NCBI GenBank assembly: GCA_031835245.2
Contig: JAVKOQ020000066.1
Location: forward strand, 62,001-126,000
Source: Balamuthia mandrillaris
Lineage: Eukaryota
DNA length: 64,000 nt
Direction of reading: 5' to 3'
Shown: positions 11,801-24,838 of the stretch, one piece after another
Layout of the letters: each line of letters begins with the position of its first letter
Numbering within the stretch: position 1 is the first letter of the stretch
Translations under genes and position numbers: made by a program
Notes under the pieces: generated by a model
The model's input: only the letters and a program-made list of their open reading frames with translations
Database searches by the model: none
What the model was told of the DNA's origin: nothing

Positions 11801-14800
11801 CCAGGTACCTCCGACCCCTTCCACTCGAGCCTGGCCTCCAAGCTTTCCTTCGGTACCGACTTCCAAGGCCACACGCGTTACCTCAGAGGCGAAGCTGTTC
11901 AATTGATCCACCATCGTGTTGATTGTGTCCTTCAACTCTCTGATTTCTCCGCGCACATTGATGGTAATCTTCTTGCTGAGATCTCCGTTGGCTACGGCTG
12001 TGGTCACCTCGGCGATGGCTCGCACCTGGTTGGTCAGATTGGCTGCCATCGTGTTCACATTGTCTGTCAAATCCTTCCAAGTTCCTCCAACCCCCCGTAC
12101 TTGGGCTTGACCACCGAGCTTTCCTTCGGTACCGACTTCCAAGGCCACACGCGTTACCTCTGCTGCAAATGTACTCAGTTGGTCCACCATTGTATTGATG
12201 GTGTTCTTCAGCTCCAGGATTTCTCCTTGCACATTCGCTGTGATCTTCTTGCTGAGGTCTCCGTTTGCCACAGCCGTGGCTACCTCGGCAATGGCTCGCA
12301 CTTGACCCGTCAGATTGGCTGCCATCGTGTTCACGTTATCGGTCAGATCTTTCCATGTGCCTCCCACGCCTTCCACCCGAGCTTGACCACCGAGTTTTCC
12401 TTGGGTACCGACTTCCAAGGCCACACGCGTTACTTCGGAGGCGAAACTGTTCAATTGATCCACCATTGTGTTAATGGTATTTTTCAGCTCGGCAATCTCT
12501 CCTTGCACATCGATGGTAATCTTCTTGCTGAGATCCCCCAAAGCCACAGAGGTGGCAACCGCAGCAATAGCTCGCACTTGACTCGTTAGATTGGCTGCCA
12601 TCGTGTTCACGTTATCGGTCAGATCCTTCCAAATGCCGCCTACACCGCGTACGTGGGCTTGACCACCGAGCTTTCCTTGGGTACCGACTTCCAAGGCCAC
12701 ACGCGTTACTTCGGACGCAAAACTGTTAAGCTGATCCACCATCGTGTTGATTGTGCTCTTCAGCTCGAGAATCTCTCCGCGTGCATTAATGTTAATCTTC
12801 TTGCTGAGATCGCCCAGAGCCACAGCGGTTGTAACTTCTGCAATGGCTCGCACTTGTGCTGTCAGATTCGAAGCCATCGTGTTCACATTGTCGGTAAGGT
12901 CCTTCCACACGCCTCCAACGCCTTTCACCAGGGCTTGACCACCGAGTTCTCCTTCAGTACCGACTTCCAAGGCCACACGCGTTACCTCTGCTGCAAATGT
13001 ACTCAGTTGGTCCACCATTGTATTGATGGTGTTCTTCAGCTCCAGGATTTCTCCTTGTACGTTCGCTGTGATCTTCTTGCTGAGGTCTCCGTTTGCCACA
13101 GCCGTGGCCACCTCGGCAATGGCTCGCACTTGACCCGTCAGATTGGCTGCCATCGTGTTCACATTGTCTGTCAAATCCTTCCAGGTTCCTGCAACACCGG
13201 CAACCTGAGCTTGTCCGCCCAGCTTACCGTGGGTACCGACTTCCAAGGCCACACGCGTTACTTCGGAGGCGAAACTGTTAAGCTGATCCACCATCGTGTT
13301 CATTGTGTCCTTCAACTCGGCAATCTCCCCTCTGGCATCGATCTCAATCTTCTTGCTCAAGTCACCGCGAGCTACAGCCGTGGTAACTCGAGCGATGGCT
13401 CGCACCTGAGCAGTCAGATTGAGCGCCATCGTGTTCACATTATCCGTTAATGCTTTCCATGTGCCCTCCACCCCAGGTACCACTGCCTGACCTCCAAGTT
13501 TTCCTTCCGTTCCGACCTCGTGAGCCACCCGTGTTACTTCGTGGGCAAGCGAATTTAGTCGATCTACCATTGTATTGATTGTTTCGGTGAGCTCTAGAAT
13601 CTCTCCTTGTACGTCGATGACAATCTTCTTGCTCAAGTCCCCGGAGGCTACTGCGGTTGTGACTTCGGCGATTGCTCGCACCTGACCCGTCAAATTCGCA
13701 GCCATGATGTTTACATTATCTGTGAGATCCTTCCATGTGCCAGCCACGCCTTTCACCAAGGCTTGGCCTCCCAGTTTACCGTCCGTGCCTACTTCCCTGG
13801 CCACTCGCGTTACCTCAGACGCAAAGGTACTGTAGTGAAGAGTTATCGTTAACACTTGTCAAATTTGCCACCGCTTCCAGGCTGGCAAGGAGAGAATGTA
13901 GGCATACCTGAGTTGATCTACCATCGTATTTATAGTGTTCTTTAGCTCCAACATTTCTCCTTGTACATTCGCTGTCATCTTTTTGCTGAGGTCTCCTTTG
14001 GCCACGGCGGTAGTTACTTCAGCAATCGCCCGCACTTGACCCGTCAGATTGGCTGCCATAATGTTCACGTTGTCTGTAAGATCTTTCCAGGTACCTGCAA
14101 CATCTTTAACCATTGCTTGACCACCAAGCTTGCCCTCGGTACCGACCTCCAGGGCCACCCGAGTTACTTCTGCTGCAAATGTACTAAAATGGGGTGAGTG
14201 GGAGCAAAGGTTAGCCACATTCTCCAGCAGTGGAGCTTTCTGAACTATTTGTAAGGAGAGAATGGTAGACATACCTAAGTTGATCTACCATTGTGTTGAT
14301 AGTGTTTTTCAGTTCCAAAATTTCACCTTTGACGTCGATTTCGATTTTTTTGCTGAGGTCTCCTTTGGCCACGGCTGTGGTTACTTCGGCGATGCCTCGG
14401 ACTTGTGCGGTAAGGTTGGATGCCATGAGGTTCACGTTGTCGGTAAGGTCCTTCCAACTGCCGCATACCCCCTCCACTTTGGCCTGACCGCCGAGCTTGC
14501 CCTCAATGCCTACCTCTCGCGCCACCCGACTGACCTCGGACGTGAAGTTCTGGAGCTGATCCACCATTGTGTTCACCACCGTTCCCATCTCCAAAAATGC
14601 GCCTTTGTTCGAGTCCAGCTGAATGGTGTGAGAGAGATCTCCCTTGGCCACTGCTCCTATCACGCGCACTACCTCAGTGGTGGGGAAAACCAGATCCTGG
14701 ATGAGGTCGTTGACGGAGTTGATGCTCTCCCCCCAACCCTGTTCAGCATTTTCTAGGGAGGCTCGTTCGGCGAGGTTTCCCTCCTGTCCAATGGACGAGG

Positions 14801-15237
14801 ACACCCTCCGTAGCTCCAAGGCCAGCGCCTGGTTCTTCGCCACCACCTCGTTGAAGACGGAGGCGATGTTGTCTGACAAGTCACAAGAGTTGGCCTTGGT
14901 AGGCAACCGTATGGAGAAGTCCCCGTCACGGAAGGCCATGAGGGCGGCCAGCAATTCCTCCTGGAACGACGTCTCTTTCATGTTCATGTACAATTGTGTG
15001 CCTCCCCCAGGAAAGGCTTCGAAGCTGTGGTGGTGCGCCACTTCCCCTCCGCCGTCGTACATCACTTTGCTCGTGGGACTGGTTGCCTCCTTGGCGCCCT
15101 ATGTGCACCAAGAAAAAATAAATAATAATAAATACAAACAAAGAAGAGAAGAACAGTATAAGACCACTATGTGACCACAGACGAAAACAAAATCAAACGA
15201 AGAAAAAAAAAGAAAGCGACGTTACGCGTGCGAGCAT
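8807..15237 (-). CDS. Poly-HAMP hybrid histidine kinase, Nik1/Os-1 (group III)-like; exons approx. 15237-15226, 15098-14275, 14183-13908, 13829-8807
   Basis: About 15 tandem 92-aa units ([19 protein letters not shown]...WKDLTDNVN), H-box [18 protein letters not shown], HATPase N/G1/F/G2 boxes, two receiver domains. Confidence 0.95.
10570..14830 (-). repeat. Coding tandem repeat, 276-nt period (HAMP units)
   Basis: Near-identical blocks such as ccgacttccaaggccacacgcgttac recur every 276 nt. Confidence 0.95.
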
Positions 15238-16551
15238 TTTACTTTGCGACTGAGCCAAAAAATTTTTTTCAGGGAAGCTTGGGGGGGTAAAAATGGGATC
15301 AGAGGAAGCAGGGCTTTCGGGTCGTACGGAGTGCACAAATGGGGTGTATCGTGGTTAGCAACAGCCTCACTTGTTCGCTTTTTGTGCTTTGTTTTGGGTA
15401 ATGCTTGAATTTTTTCCTCTTCTTCGAGTTTAACAACAACACCGGTTGCGCCTCCTGCCGCCTCACTTTCACTCTTGCTTCGCCCAAACTTAACCAGAAA
15501 TAAATGAATTAATGCGATAAAAGGAAAATATACATTAAATTATCCTAGCGCAGCTGTCACCCCCCCAAATATTTGTGTTGACCATTGCTTGTGCACCTGA
15601 TTTGATTGATGCCACTTTGGAAAAAATTGTCGTATCTTGGACATCCAAACCTTCCAAAATTAATTTATAAACTCCTGATGAACCCAAAATTCAAACGCAA
15701 CCATTGGGTCACCCGTCGCTCTGATACCCCTTGAAGGTAAGTTTTTCCAAAACAACATTGGGTTACCTTCTTCTTTTTTCCGCCCACGCGGCGTTGGCTG
15801 TTTTTTAACTCCGCGCACAGATCCTGAAATTGCAATTTCTACAACTATTACCCAATTTCAGAAGTACAGACCCAAAGTAGGCAACAACACACAACCAATC
15901 CAATTATTTCCGCGATAACTAGGAGAAAACAGGAGTGATTCGTTCCTTCCTATTCTCCGTTCTAGATCGTACAACCATATTTAGTACTGCTCTCAAGGAT
16001 ACAATGAAATTTCGTTAGTCTGAAGGCAACAAAGCAAAAATTGTCTGTCTTCCAGGCTTTTTTTTTGCTTTTTGACAGATAATATCTGGGGCGCCCTCGA
16101 TTATGTCTAAACCTGTCCCAAAAGGAAACAAGAGTCCGAGTGGTACAGATGGCTCCTCAAATACCGATGACGTCGGGGTTCTATCATTCCCGCCCAGTTC
16201 CTCTTCGGCGACGGCGAGACACCGCTCTTTTTGCATGGAGTTCCGCGGGAGGGCGCTGCACGCCTCTTCGTTATGGGCCGATAGCATGCTCCTCAGGCTC
16301 AATACGTGATGCTGCGCCTGTATGTTGGTGCTGTTGAGGCATCTGTTTTGGTTAACCAAAAATAAAAAAAAAGAGAGAAATAAAAGAAGGCAATAGAGTG
16401 CGAAAAAAGTTGAAACAAACAACCAGATGGAGGTGAAGAACCAGAAGCAAGAAGGAAGTCTTCTCCATCTACCTATCCTCTGCACAGCTACCGACTGAGC
16501 GTGGTGTGTTGTTTCTTTTGGCTTGGCCAACCTTTTGTTGTCTCTTTAGAA

Positions 16552-16740
16552 AAGAAAGAGGAGAGAGAGGAGAGAGCGGAGAGAGAGGAGAGAGGAGAGA
16601 GAGGAGAGAGAGAGGAGAGAGCAGAGAGCAGAGAGGAGAGAGGAGAGAGAGGAGAAAGAGGAGAGAGAGGAGAGACAGAGAGAGGAGAGAGGAGAGAAGA
16701 GAGAGGAGAGAGGAGAGAGCAGAGAGGAGAGAGGAGAAAG
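16552..16740. repeat. GA-rich microsatellite tract
   Basis: (GAGAG/GGAGA)n directly visible. Confidence 0.9.
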
Positions 16741-16782
16741 TTTGGTGATCTTTCATTCACTGGTTGGCGGCAAAGGAAGGGA

Positions 16783-17580
16783 ATGGGCAGGAAGAAAGGA
16801 GAGAAGCAATACATCACGGCCAGCGAATGGTTGTTCGAGGGTGGTGGCAAGCGCGCGAACGAACGAAAGGCAAATCCCTTTCAACCATTGCCCTTCTATT
16901 GCTGCGCTCTATCATTGCATCCATTCGAGACGCCCGTTGCCACCAAAGAGGGGCTCGTCTTTGATATTTTGTACACTCATACTTACTTCCCCTCTCTTCC
17001 CCTTCCTTCTTTCTCTATTTTGTTTCTTCTTTTTGTTCTTCTTGTTCTTCTTCTTCTTCTTCTTGTTCTTCTTCTCCTTCTTCTTCTTCTAACATAACAT
17101 AACACCAAATCAGGAACATAGTGCCATACATCAAGAAGTATAAGAAGAACCCCATCACTGGCGAACCCTTGGCCGTCAAAGACCTCATCAGGCTCACCTT
17201 CCACAAAAACACAAGTAACTTGTTCCTTCTTTTTTGTTCGTTCATGTTCTCTTTCTTCTTCTTTTTCTTCTTGTATCGGTGCTAACTAAGCGTGTACGCA
17301 GATGGAGAGTTCATGTGTCCAGTTACCTACAAAGCGTTCACTGACTACACTCACATTGTCTTCATTCGGACCTCCGGTCATGTTTACTCCATGGAGACCA
17401 TACAGCAGCTCAACATCAAAACAAAGAACTGGAAGGACCTCATCACGGACCAACCCTTCAAACGGGAGGACATCATCACCATACAGGACCCACAAAACCC
17501 TGCCAAACGCAACATTCAAGAATTTGACTATGTCAAGAAAGGACTTGCTGTCGATGGTACAAAATCCTCGCTCTTCCTTA

Positions 17581-17624
<44 letters not shown>

Positions 17625-18081
17625 TCTCTCTCCGTGGTTGTATCTGAGCGCAGAACGCGAACAAATAACTCACAACAAACAAAAACACGTTAAGATGAGG
17701 ATAGCTCGGATCCAACAAAGCGGATCAACCTGAACGATACCAGTGCTCAGGTACTGGAAGAGCTCCAACGGAAGAAAGCTTCTTCCACCTCAGCCGCTTC
17801 TAGCAGTAGTAGCAGCACTTCAGCCACCAAGCGTGTGAAAAGCAGCGGCTCCTTTACATCCTCTTCTTCATCTTCATCAACAACAGCTAAAAAGGAGACG
17901 ACATCGTCAACGGCGGCGTTTACCTGTGCCGGCTTTACTGAAAAGACTCCTGACGTTGATGTGGAAGTGAAACGCACCAAGAAAAAAGGTTATGTGCGTC
18001 TCCAGACTAACTGTGGGAATCTTAACTTGGAGCTGCATTGTGACTTAGTGCGTTTTCTGCTTTGTCTCTTTACTTCTCTTT

Positions 18082-18122
<41 letters not shown>

Positions 18123-18783
18123 GTGAATCTCGTAGGCTCCAAAGACATGTGAAAACTTTCTTCTGTTGTGCGAGAGAGGCTACTACGATAACACTGTCTT
18201 CCACCGCAACATCAAAAACTTTATGGTAGGCAGTGTTTTATACCTCTCAACTCCTATCCTTCTTTTCTGCTCCTATTCGCTGACCACATCCAACGAAACA
18301 TCAGATTCAGGGCGGAGACCCCACTGGCACTGGTCGTGGCGGTAAGTCTGCTTGGGGAGGCAATTTTCGCGATGAGGTTTGTTTCTCTTACCCTCTCTCT
18401 CACACACTCTCGGCCCATTTTTCTTTTTCTTTTTGATCATTATACTCACTTTTACATGCTAAAGTTTACACCAAAATTGACACACAAACAACGTGGTATT
18501 GTGAGCATGGCAAACGCTGGCCCTCATACAAATGGTTCTCAATTGTACGTCATTCTCTCTCTTTTCTTCCTTTCCCATCTCTCTATGTCCTTTTATTCCT
18601 TTTCCTTTACCCCCTTTGGAAGAAATAACCAATTTCTGTTGTTGGCTGCAGTTTCGTGACTTACAAAGCAACGCCCAACCTTGACAATAAACACTCTGTA
18701 TTTGGGCGTGTGGTAGGTGGCATGGATACCCTTGACCTTATGGAAAACATTCCTGTCGACGGCAATGATCGTCCTGCGGTTAG

Positions 18784-18823
<40 letters not shown>

Positions 18824-19266
18824 TCCTCTCCTCCGTTGTCTGCATTCTGTCGTTATAGTTCTTGTTTTTGACGTTGGGGATACCTATGCAGCGGGATATA
18901 ATATTGCTCAAAGCAACCGTGTTCGTCAATCCATTTGAGAACTTGGACGAAGAGCGTGCTGAAGAAGAGGCGCAACTTAAAGTAAAGCAGCAAGAAGAGA
19001 AGGATTCCAAAGAAATGGGCCAATGGTTCAGCAGCCCAGGTCCAAGCCAGCCTAACACCACCACCAAAACAGGTATCGGCAAGTACATAGCTGCCTCAGC
19101 CAGCACCTCCTCGTCTACCACTGCGATCACCTCTTCAACGCAACGGACGCCGCTAGTAATGGCGGCCCCATCCTCTTCCTCTTCCTCTTCATCCGCTTCT
19201 ACTAGCAGCACTAAACGCAAACGGCCTGATACTGCCAAGTCTTCCTTTGACTTTAGTTCTTGGTGA
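16783..19266 (+). CDS. PPIL2: U-box cyclophilin PPIL2/Cyp60 (multi-exon)
   Basis: [95 protein letters not shown]. Confidence 0.93.
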
Positions 19267-19391
19267 CAAACGTGCAAAATAATAAAATGAGGAAATAGGA
19301 ACACAAGAAAACCGTTCAGAACGGAAGAGAGACAGAGAGACAGAGAGAGACAGAAGAAGAAAACAGCAGAAAAGAAAGCTGGTGGTTTAGT

Positions 19392-19872
19392 TTAGAGGGA
19401 AGCAGAAGAAGTAGGAGTGGGTTGAGGGTCTTTGCGGTTGAGGTAGGAGAACGGGAACGACTTGTTGCCGAACTTCCACTGGACCTTGTCTGCCAAAAAG
19501 AATTGCTGCCGACGTTGGTTCCGCATCGTCCTTCATTAAGTTTGGCAAATAAGAAGCATAAGTTTGGAGAAGAGAGAGCGAAAGAGAGAGGGAGGGAGAG
19601 AGAGAGAGTCAAGAGTACCTCCTTGTCTCCTCCGCAGCGAGATAGGGTGTCAAATCACGCATCATTTGCCTTTCTTCTTGCTGATGGAACCACCAGGTGT
19701 AACTGGCACCTTTGGCTTTGTAGTAGGTGGCGGCCACGGTGAACACCACAACGCCCAAGAGGGCCTTCCTGGGAGAGGGACCCCATTTGGGCAATTGCCT
19801 ACGGAAGCTCAGCTCTGGGAAACCACCAGGCGGGGGTACGTCCTGCTTGTAAGGGAAAGCGGAGGAGGCCAT
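19392..19872 (-). CDS. NDUFA13: Complex I subunit NDUFA13/GRIM-19-like (2 exons)
   Basis: KQDVPPPGGFPELSFRRQLPKWGPS, single TM helix, LTPYLAAEETRR. Confidence 0.8.
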
Positions 19873-20139
19873 TGTTCCTTTCTCTCTTGGTGCTTGTTTG
19901 TTGTTGGGTGTTGCTTGCGGCGTTTGCTGGTGGCGTGATGGTGGTGGTGGGGGGCGGCGGAGTGGTTTCGAGTGAGTTGCTCCTTTTTTTTTGTTGGTTG
20001 ATATTTTTGGGTGTGGCCACAGTTCTTACCCTATATTTTTATCTAGTCTCATGTCTTATCTCGTGTCTTCCTTCCCGATGTCGACAACAACATTTGTTTT
20101 GAACACGTCACCCGCAACCGAATTTTATGGCAATAATCG

Positions 20140-23100
20140 TTATTGGGGCGATGCGCTCCATTGTGCGGGAGAAAAAACAGAAGAGGAGGAATCGAGGTAG
20201 AGGTGAGGCTCCCAAAGTTTGGCCATGTCGGTAGCCCTTGCATCTTGCTCGATGCTTTTTGGTGTCACCAAGGCGTCGAAATGGGTGTCCGTGTAGTGGC
20301 GATAGTAGTTCAGCTGATCGAGCTCCTTGTTACTGGTGCCCTGTCCCACGCCGTCCTCGTAGCTCATGTACCTTTCGTAGAATCGTTGTTGGTCATCTTC
20401 TGACTCGTATCGTTCCTTCTTCTTTTCTTCCTGTTCGTATTCCTCCTCCACTATGTTGTTCTTTGTGTAACTTTCAAACCCTCTCGGTCAGTTTGATGGC
20501 TCTCCAGAGAGAAAGGATAGATAGAGTGTAGGAAAGGTGAATGATGAGCACGACGTACGCAGTATACAAGGAAGAGTCTTGCTCAGAAAGTTGGAGATGT
20601 ATGCCGTATAGATAGTTAGGTAATTCATCCTGAGAGCGTTTGTGGGCGGCAGCCCTGCTTTCATCTTGTTGATGGTAGGCAGAGTCAGGTTTTGGGGTTT
20701 TTTTGCCTTCCTTCTTCCGTTGAAGAGACCAAGATAGCCATCTCTTTATGCCATGGCTTCATTTGTTTTGTTCAAAATTAGATCTAATCACCCACAAAAG
20801 AAGAAAGAGAGGAGAAGAGACAAACATGTAAGAAGCACCGGAGGCTGGATTTTGGGGAACATCTTCAGAGAGCAATGCAGTACTGTCATCACCGTCTTTG
20901 GCAATTGTGAGAGCAACGTTGCTATCTTCTTCCATCGGTAAAACGAACGCCTGTTTCTGTTTCTGTAAAAAGAGCCGCGTGGTTTCACTTAATGTTGGCT
21001 CGTTATAGGCAAAAGAGAGCTCTTTATCGAAGAGAGTAATGGTGTGGCTTCGGTGATACTCCTCAAATGGATTAATGCTGTCTGCAACATCCTTGTGGAG
21101 GCGACCGCTTGTTATCGTCGTTTTCTCTGGGCTTGTTTCTGATGCAGTTGCGGCAGCATTGTGATTTAGCACTTCTGCTGTGTTGTTTCGAGTGAACTCA
21201 AGCAACGGAACCTTCCACCACTCTGAAGAGCTGTAACGTGTTGGTCACCGATGAGAGAGGAGAAGAATAGAGGAAGGGGAGACACATAGTCAGGAAAGCG
21301 TACTGCAAAAGACGAGAAAGGGATTCATTAGAGGCACCACCAACACTACCACAGCTACTAGCACCACCAATAATATTGGCACAAGCAGTGCTAAGATCAG
21401 CAGAGGACCAACAACGCTGGTGCAGCTGATGGTCAGTCTCCATTTCCCAAAGATGACCGAAGGATGGAGAGTGCTTCCATGGTATAAAGTTGCCAAGGAA
21501 CAAATTGATAGAGTCTTGTTTCTCCGCATCAGTGAAAGAGTTGCTGTAGTAGCGCTTGAAGCTTGTGAGGAGATCCCTGGACTGAGAGGTAAGGTTATGA
21601 GCATTGTGGATGCTGTAGGTCTGCATCGTATTGACGAGGCCGGAACCTCCGTACTGAAGAGCAATGCTGTTGCCCATGTCCTGGTACATGTCCATCAACT
21701 GAAGGCATATCTCATTGCTGAAGTCTATCTTGGGATTAGAGCTCATACCGAGGGCGTGCAGCTGACATTATCGTTATGGTGAACATTGATTAGCGAGAGT
21801 ATTAGTTCCACGCAACAGTGGTGAATGTATTAAAATACCTGATGACCAAGAGCACATTTGCCAACTATAAACTGAACAGCGTTGGTTCGGTCAAGATTGT
21901 CTATGCAATTGGTACGAACAGCACCGCTTTGCTCTAGCCGGCATGACTCCTGCTCTTCCTCTCTATTTAAAGGTTTCCGTCGTCGGTTGCCTATGTAAAA
22001 AAAGCCAACCCGTTTTAAAGCCCGCTTGGCTAGCTGTTCTAGGTGAGATATGGCATCCAACGAACTGGAAGCCTGCTCTTTTCCTTGTAGCCTCGCCCGT
22101 TGTGGAGACAGAGTTGCTGCCTTGGTCGATTTTTTTTTCTTCCTGTTAAATGATTGAATATCATTGGAACGATGGTGTTACCCTGTCATCCACTAAGTCT
22201 TGCAAGTTTAAAAAACAAATGAAATTTACCCTTTGGCGGCTTTGTGGAAGTCCCATGCTATGTATTCTATCTTTTTATCGTCAGGAAGAGAAGAGTTCAA
22301 AAAATCAACACACAGTGTAAACTCTTGACGCAGAATAGACTCTCTTGGTTTCTTCTCTGCTGACTAAACGGACGATGAAACAAATGTCAGTTTGCAACAA
22401 AACAAACGATAGAACCAAAAAGAGTGAGCAACAGACCTTAACAAGATTAAGAATGAAAATAGGGGCTCCATATCGTGCAAAGAGATCCTGAAAATGTAGA
22501 ATAGAGGCTGTGTAAAACGGGTCGGCTCTTTGGACTATTTGTGTTGCGAGGAAAGCAGTTAGTAGCCGAGTTTAATCACTAGGAATAACAAAGGATGAAC
22601 TGGAGATAAAGAACCAAGAATAGGAGGCTTTGGGACCATCACGCTGTTATCTTGGCTCCAGAAGAGAGGTATAGAGCCCCTTAGCTGTACAAATGAGGTA
22701 TAGTTCAAAGAGGAATGATTTCCCGAGCTCACTTCATGTACTATCTGCTCAGTTTCCACGTCGTTGGCGACTTTTCCCTCCTCCGTAACTCCTCGTTTTA
22801 AGAAGCGAGTACCCGCAAAGTAACGCGATCGCCTAGCTATCAGTGATAGAGCTAATGTACGTCCGAACACCGAGAATTCTATCAGGAAGGAAGGAAGAGC
22901 GTTAATGTTTGTGTCAGGAAAGAGAGGATATGAATTTAAAGCAGTATAAGAGAATGAATACGCGATTGATAAAAGTATCCATGAATGACAGGCAACAGCC
23001 ACTCAGAAGAGGTCGTATTTTGTTTGAGTTCTTTGAGAAGAAATTGATTCCAAACAAAGCGTTTGTTCCAATCCAATGGCTCATTGTGCGTATTTGATTG

Positions 23101-23519
23101 CAGAGGAGCGCCATCCATAGAGGAAGCATGGCAATGGCGAGCAGGCGCCATGTTATATTGAAGGGTGTGGGTTAGGTCGTAGCTGTAACTGAAGTAAAAT
23201 TTGTTGGTGTCCATGCCAAAGAACAATCCCTTGTATCTGGTTTATAACAGAACGTTCGTTTGTGAAACCAAACCATGGAGCAACACTCACATAAGCAACG
23301 CAGAGAGAGGAGAGGAGAGGAGAGGAGAGGAGAGGAGAGGAGAGGAGAGGAGAGGAGAGGAGAGGAGGAGAGGAGAGGAGAGGAGAGGAGAGGAGAGGAG
23401 AGGAGAGGAGAGAGAGGAGAGGAGGAGGAGGAGAGGAGAGGAGAGGGGAGAGGAGAGGAGAGGAGAGGAGAGGAGAGGAGAGGAGAGGGAGAGGAGAGGA
23501 GAGGAGAGGAGAGGAGAGG

Positions 23520-23606
<87 letters not shown>

Positions 23607-24365
23607 GATCACAACATGAAACGACAGCGATAAAACGTACCTTGTTTCCTCGCTTTGTTGGAGTTTGGTTTTGAGGGATGGGTGAGGTATGTATACATAG
23701 AGGGTATCATCCATGCTGTAGATGAAGTGACCGCCGATGGCCCCAATCTTGCTCTTTTGAGTAATGAGGAGGAGGTAGTAGCCCTGCAGAAAACGGATGA
23801 AGCCCAGCACGCCGTAGGCCGAACAGGTCTTCTTCATGCCGCCAGCCGCTTTGTTGCCCTCCTCTATCATGAGGAGGAGGTCTTGTATTTCCTGCCTGGA
23901 GTAGTGGCGGGGGTCCTCCTCCAGCTTCAGCTCCGTGGGGCACGTCCGGTCGATCTTCAGCACCCTAAAACGGGTCATGCCTCGGTCCGAACCCACCAAG
24001 TAGTACCGCTGCAACACGTTTTCATGCCACGCCATCAGTTTATGTTGGCTTGCGGACAAGAGCAGGGAAAGAAACAGTTTGGTGGGAAGGAGGGGAACCT
24101 GTCTAGTCTCATAGAGAACAAACTTGGTGAGGGCCGCTTGCTTCCTTGGCGCTATGCCTGCCACAGCTCCACCAGCGTGAGGAGGAGGAGGAGGAAGGTG
24201 CTGCTGTGTGGAGTCACCCTGTACAGGGGCAAGAGAGGGAGGGACCTCCGGCGGCTCAGCAACCAGCTCTTCCTCCGGGTGCTTCCTTGTGGCGGTGTGG
24301 GGTAGGTGGTGGGGGGCCTGCTGCTCCTCCCCCTCCTCCTCCTCCTTCGCTCCTCGTTCTTCCAT
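20140..24365 (-). CDS. FIG4: SAC-domain phosphoinositide phosphatase FIG4/SAC3 (multi-exon)
   Basis: [61 protein letters not shown], catalytic [34 protein letters not shown]. Confidence 0.93.
23302..23606. repeat. Intronic (GAGAG)n + (GA)n microsatellite
   Basis: Directly visible, inside a FIG4 intron. Confidence 0.95.
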
Positions 24366-24562
24366 TTGGGTTATTTTGTTCTTCTTCTTCTTCCTCTTCT
24401 CCTTCTTCTCCTTCTTCTTCTTGTGGTTGCGCTACGGGGTTATTCTTGTGTCGACGTGATGGTTCCCCAGAAAAAAAAACAAAGCCCCAACAAAAGCGTA
24501 GCGAGCGCTTGCCGTCACCCACCCACTGCAAAAAGGGGAAGAAGGAGAAGTAGCGCGAGAGG

Positions 24563-24804
24563 ATGGCCACAAGCAACCAGCAGCAGCAGCAGCTGGAAGC
24601 CTTTTTGCAGGAGCTGGAGAAGCTGCAAGGCGTGGCCTTGTCGGAGAAGCGGCAGCCGCAGCATGAGGATGGGGGGGTGGCGCCTCGTGCGGACTTTGAG
24701 CTGATTGGCACTGGAAGGGTGGGGCAGGTGGAGCTCAAAGCAGCGCCCTACCTTCAAGGCTCCGTTCCTTACTCGTCCCCCAACGCTCCACCCACGTTGT
24801 CCTT

Positions 24805-24838
<34 letters not shown>

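Noticed and set aside
10799..13450. Long plus-strand ORFs (463, 265, 104 aa) and a CRISPR-like look of the regular repeats
   Set aside because: Antisense shadows of the poly-HAMP coding repeat; the period is 276 nt of coding sequence with no unique spacers
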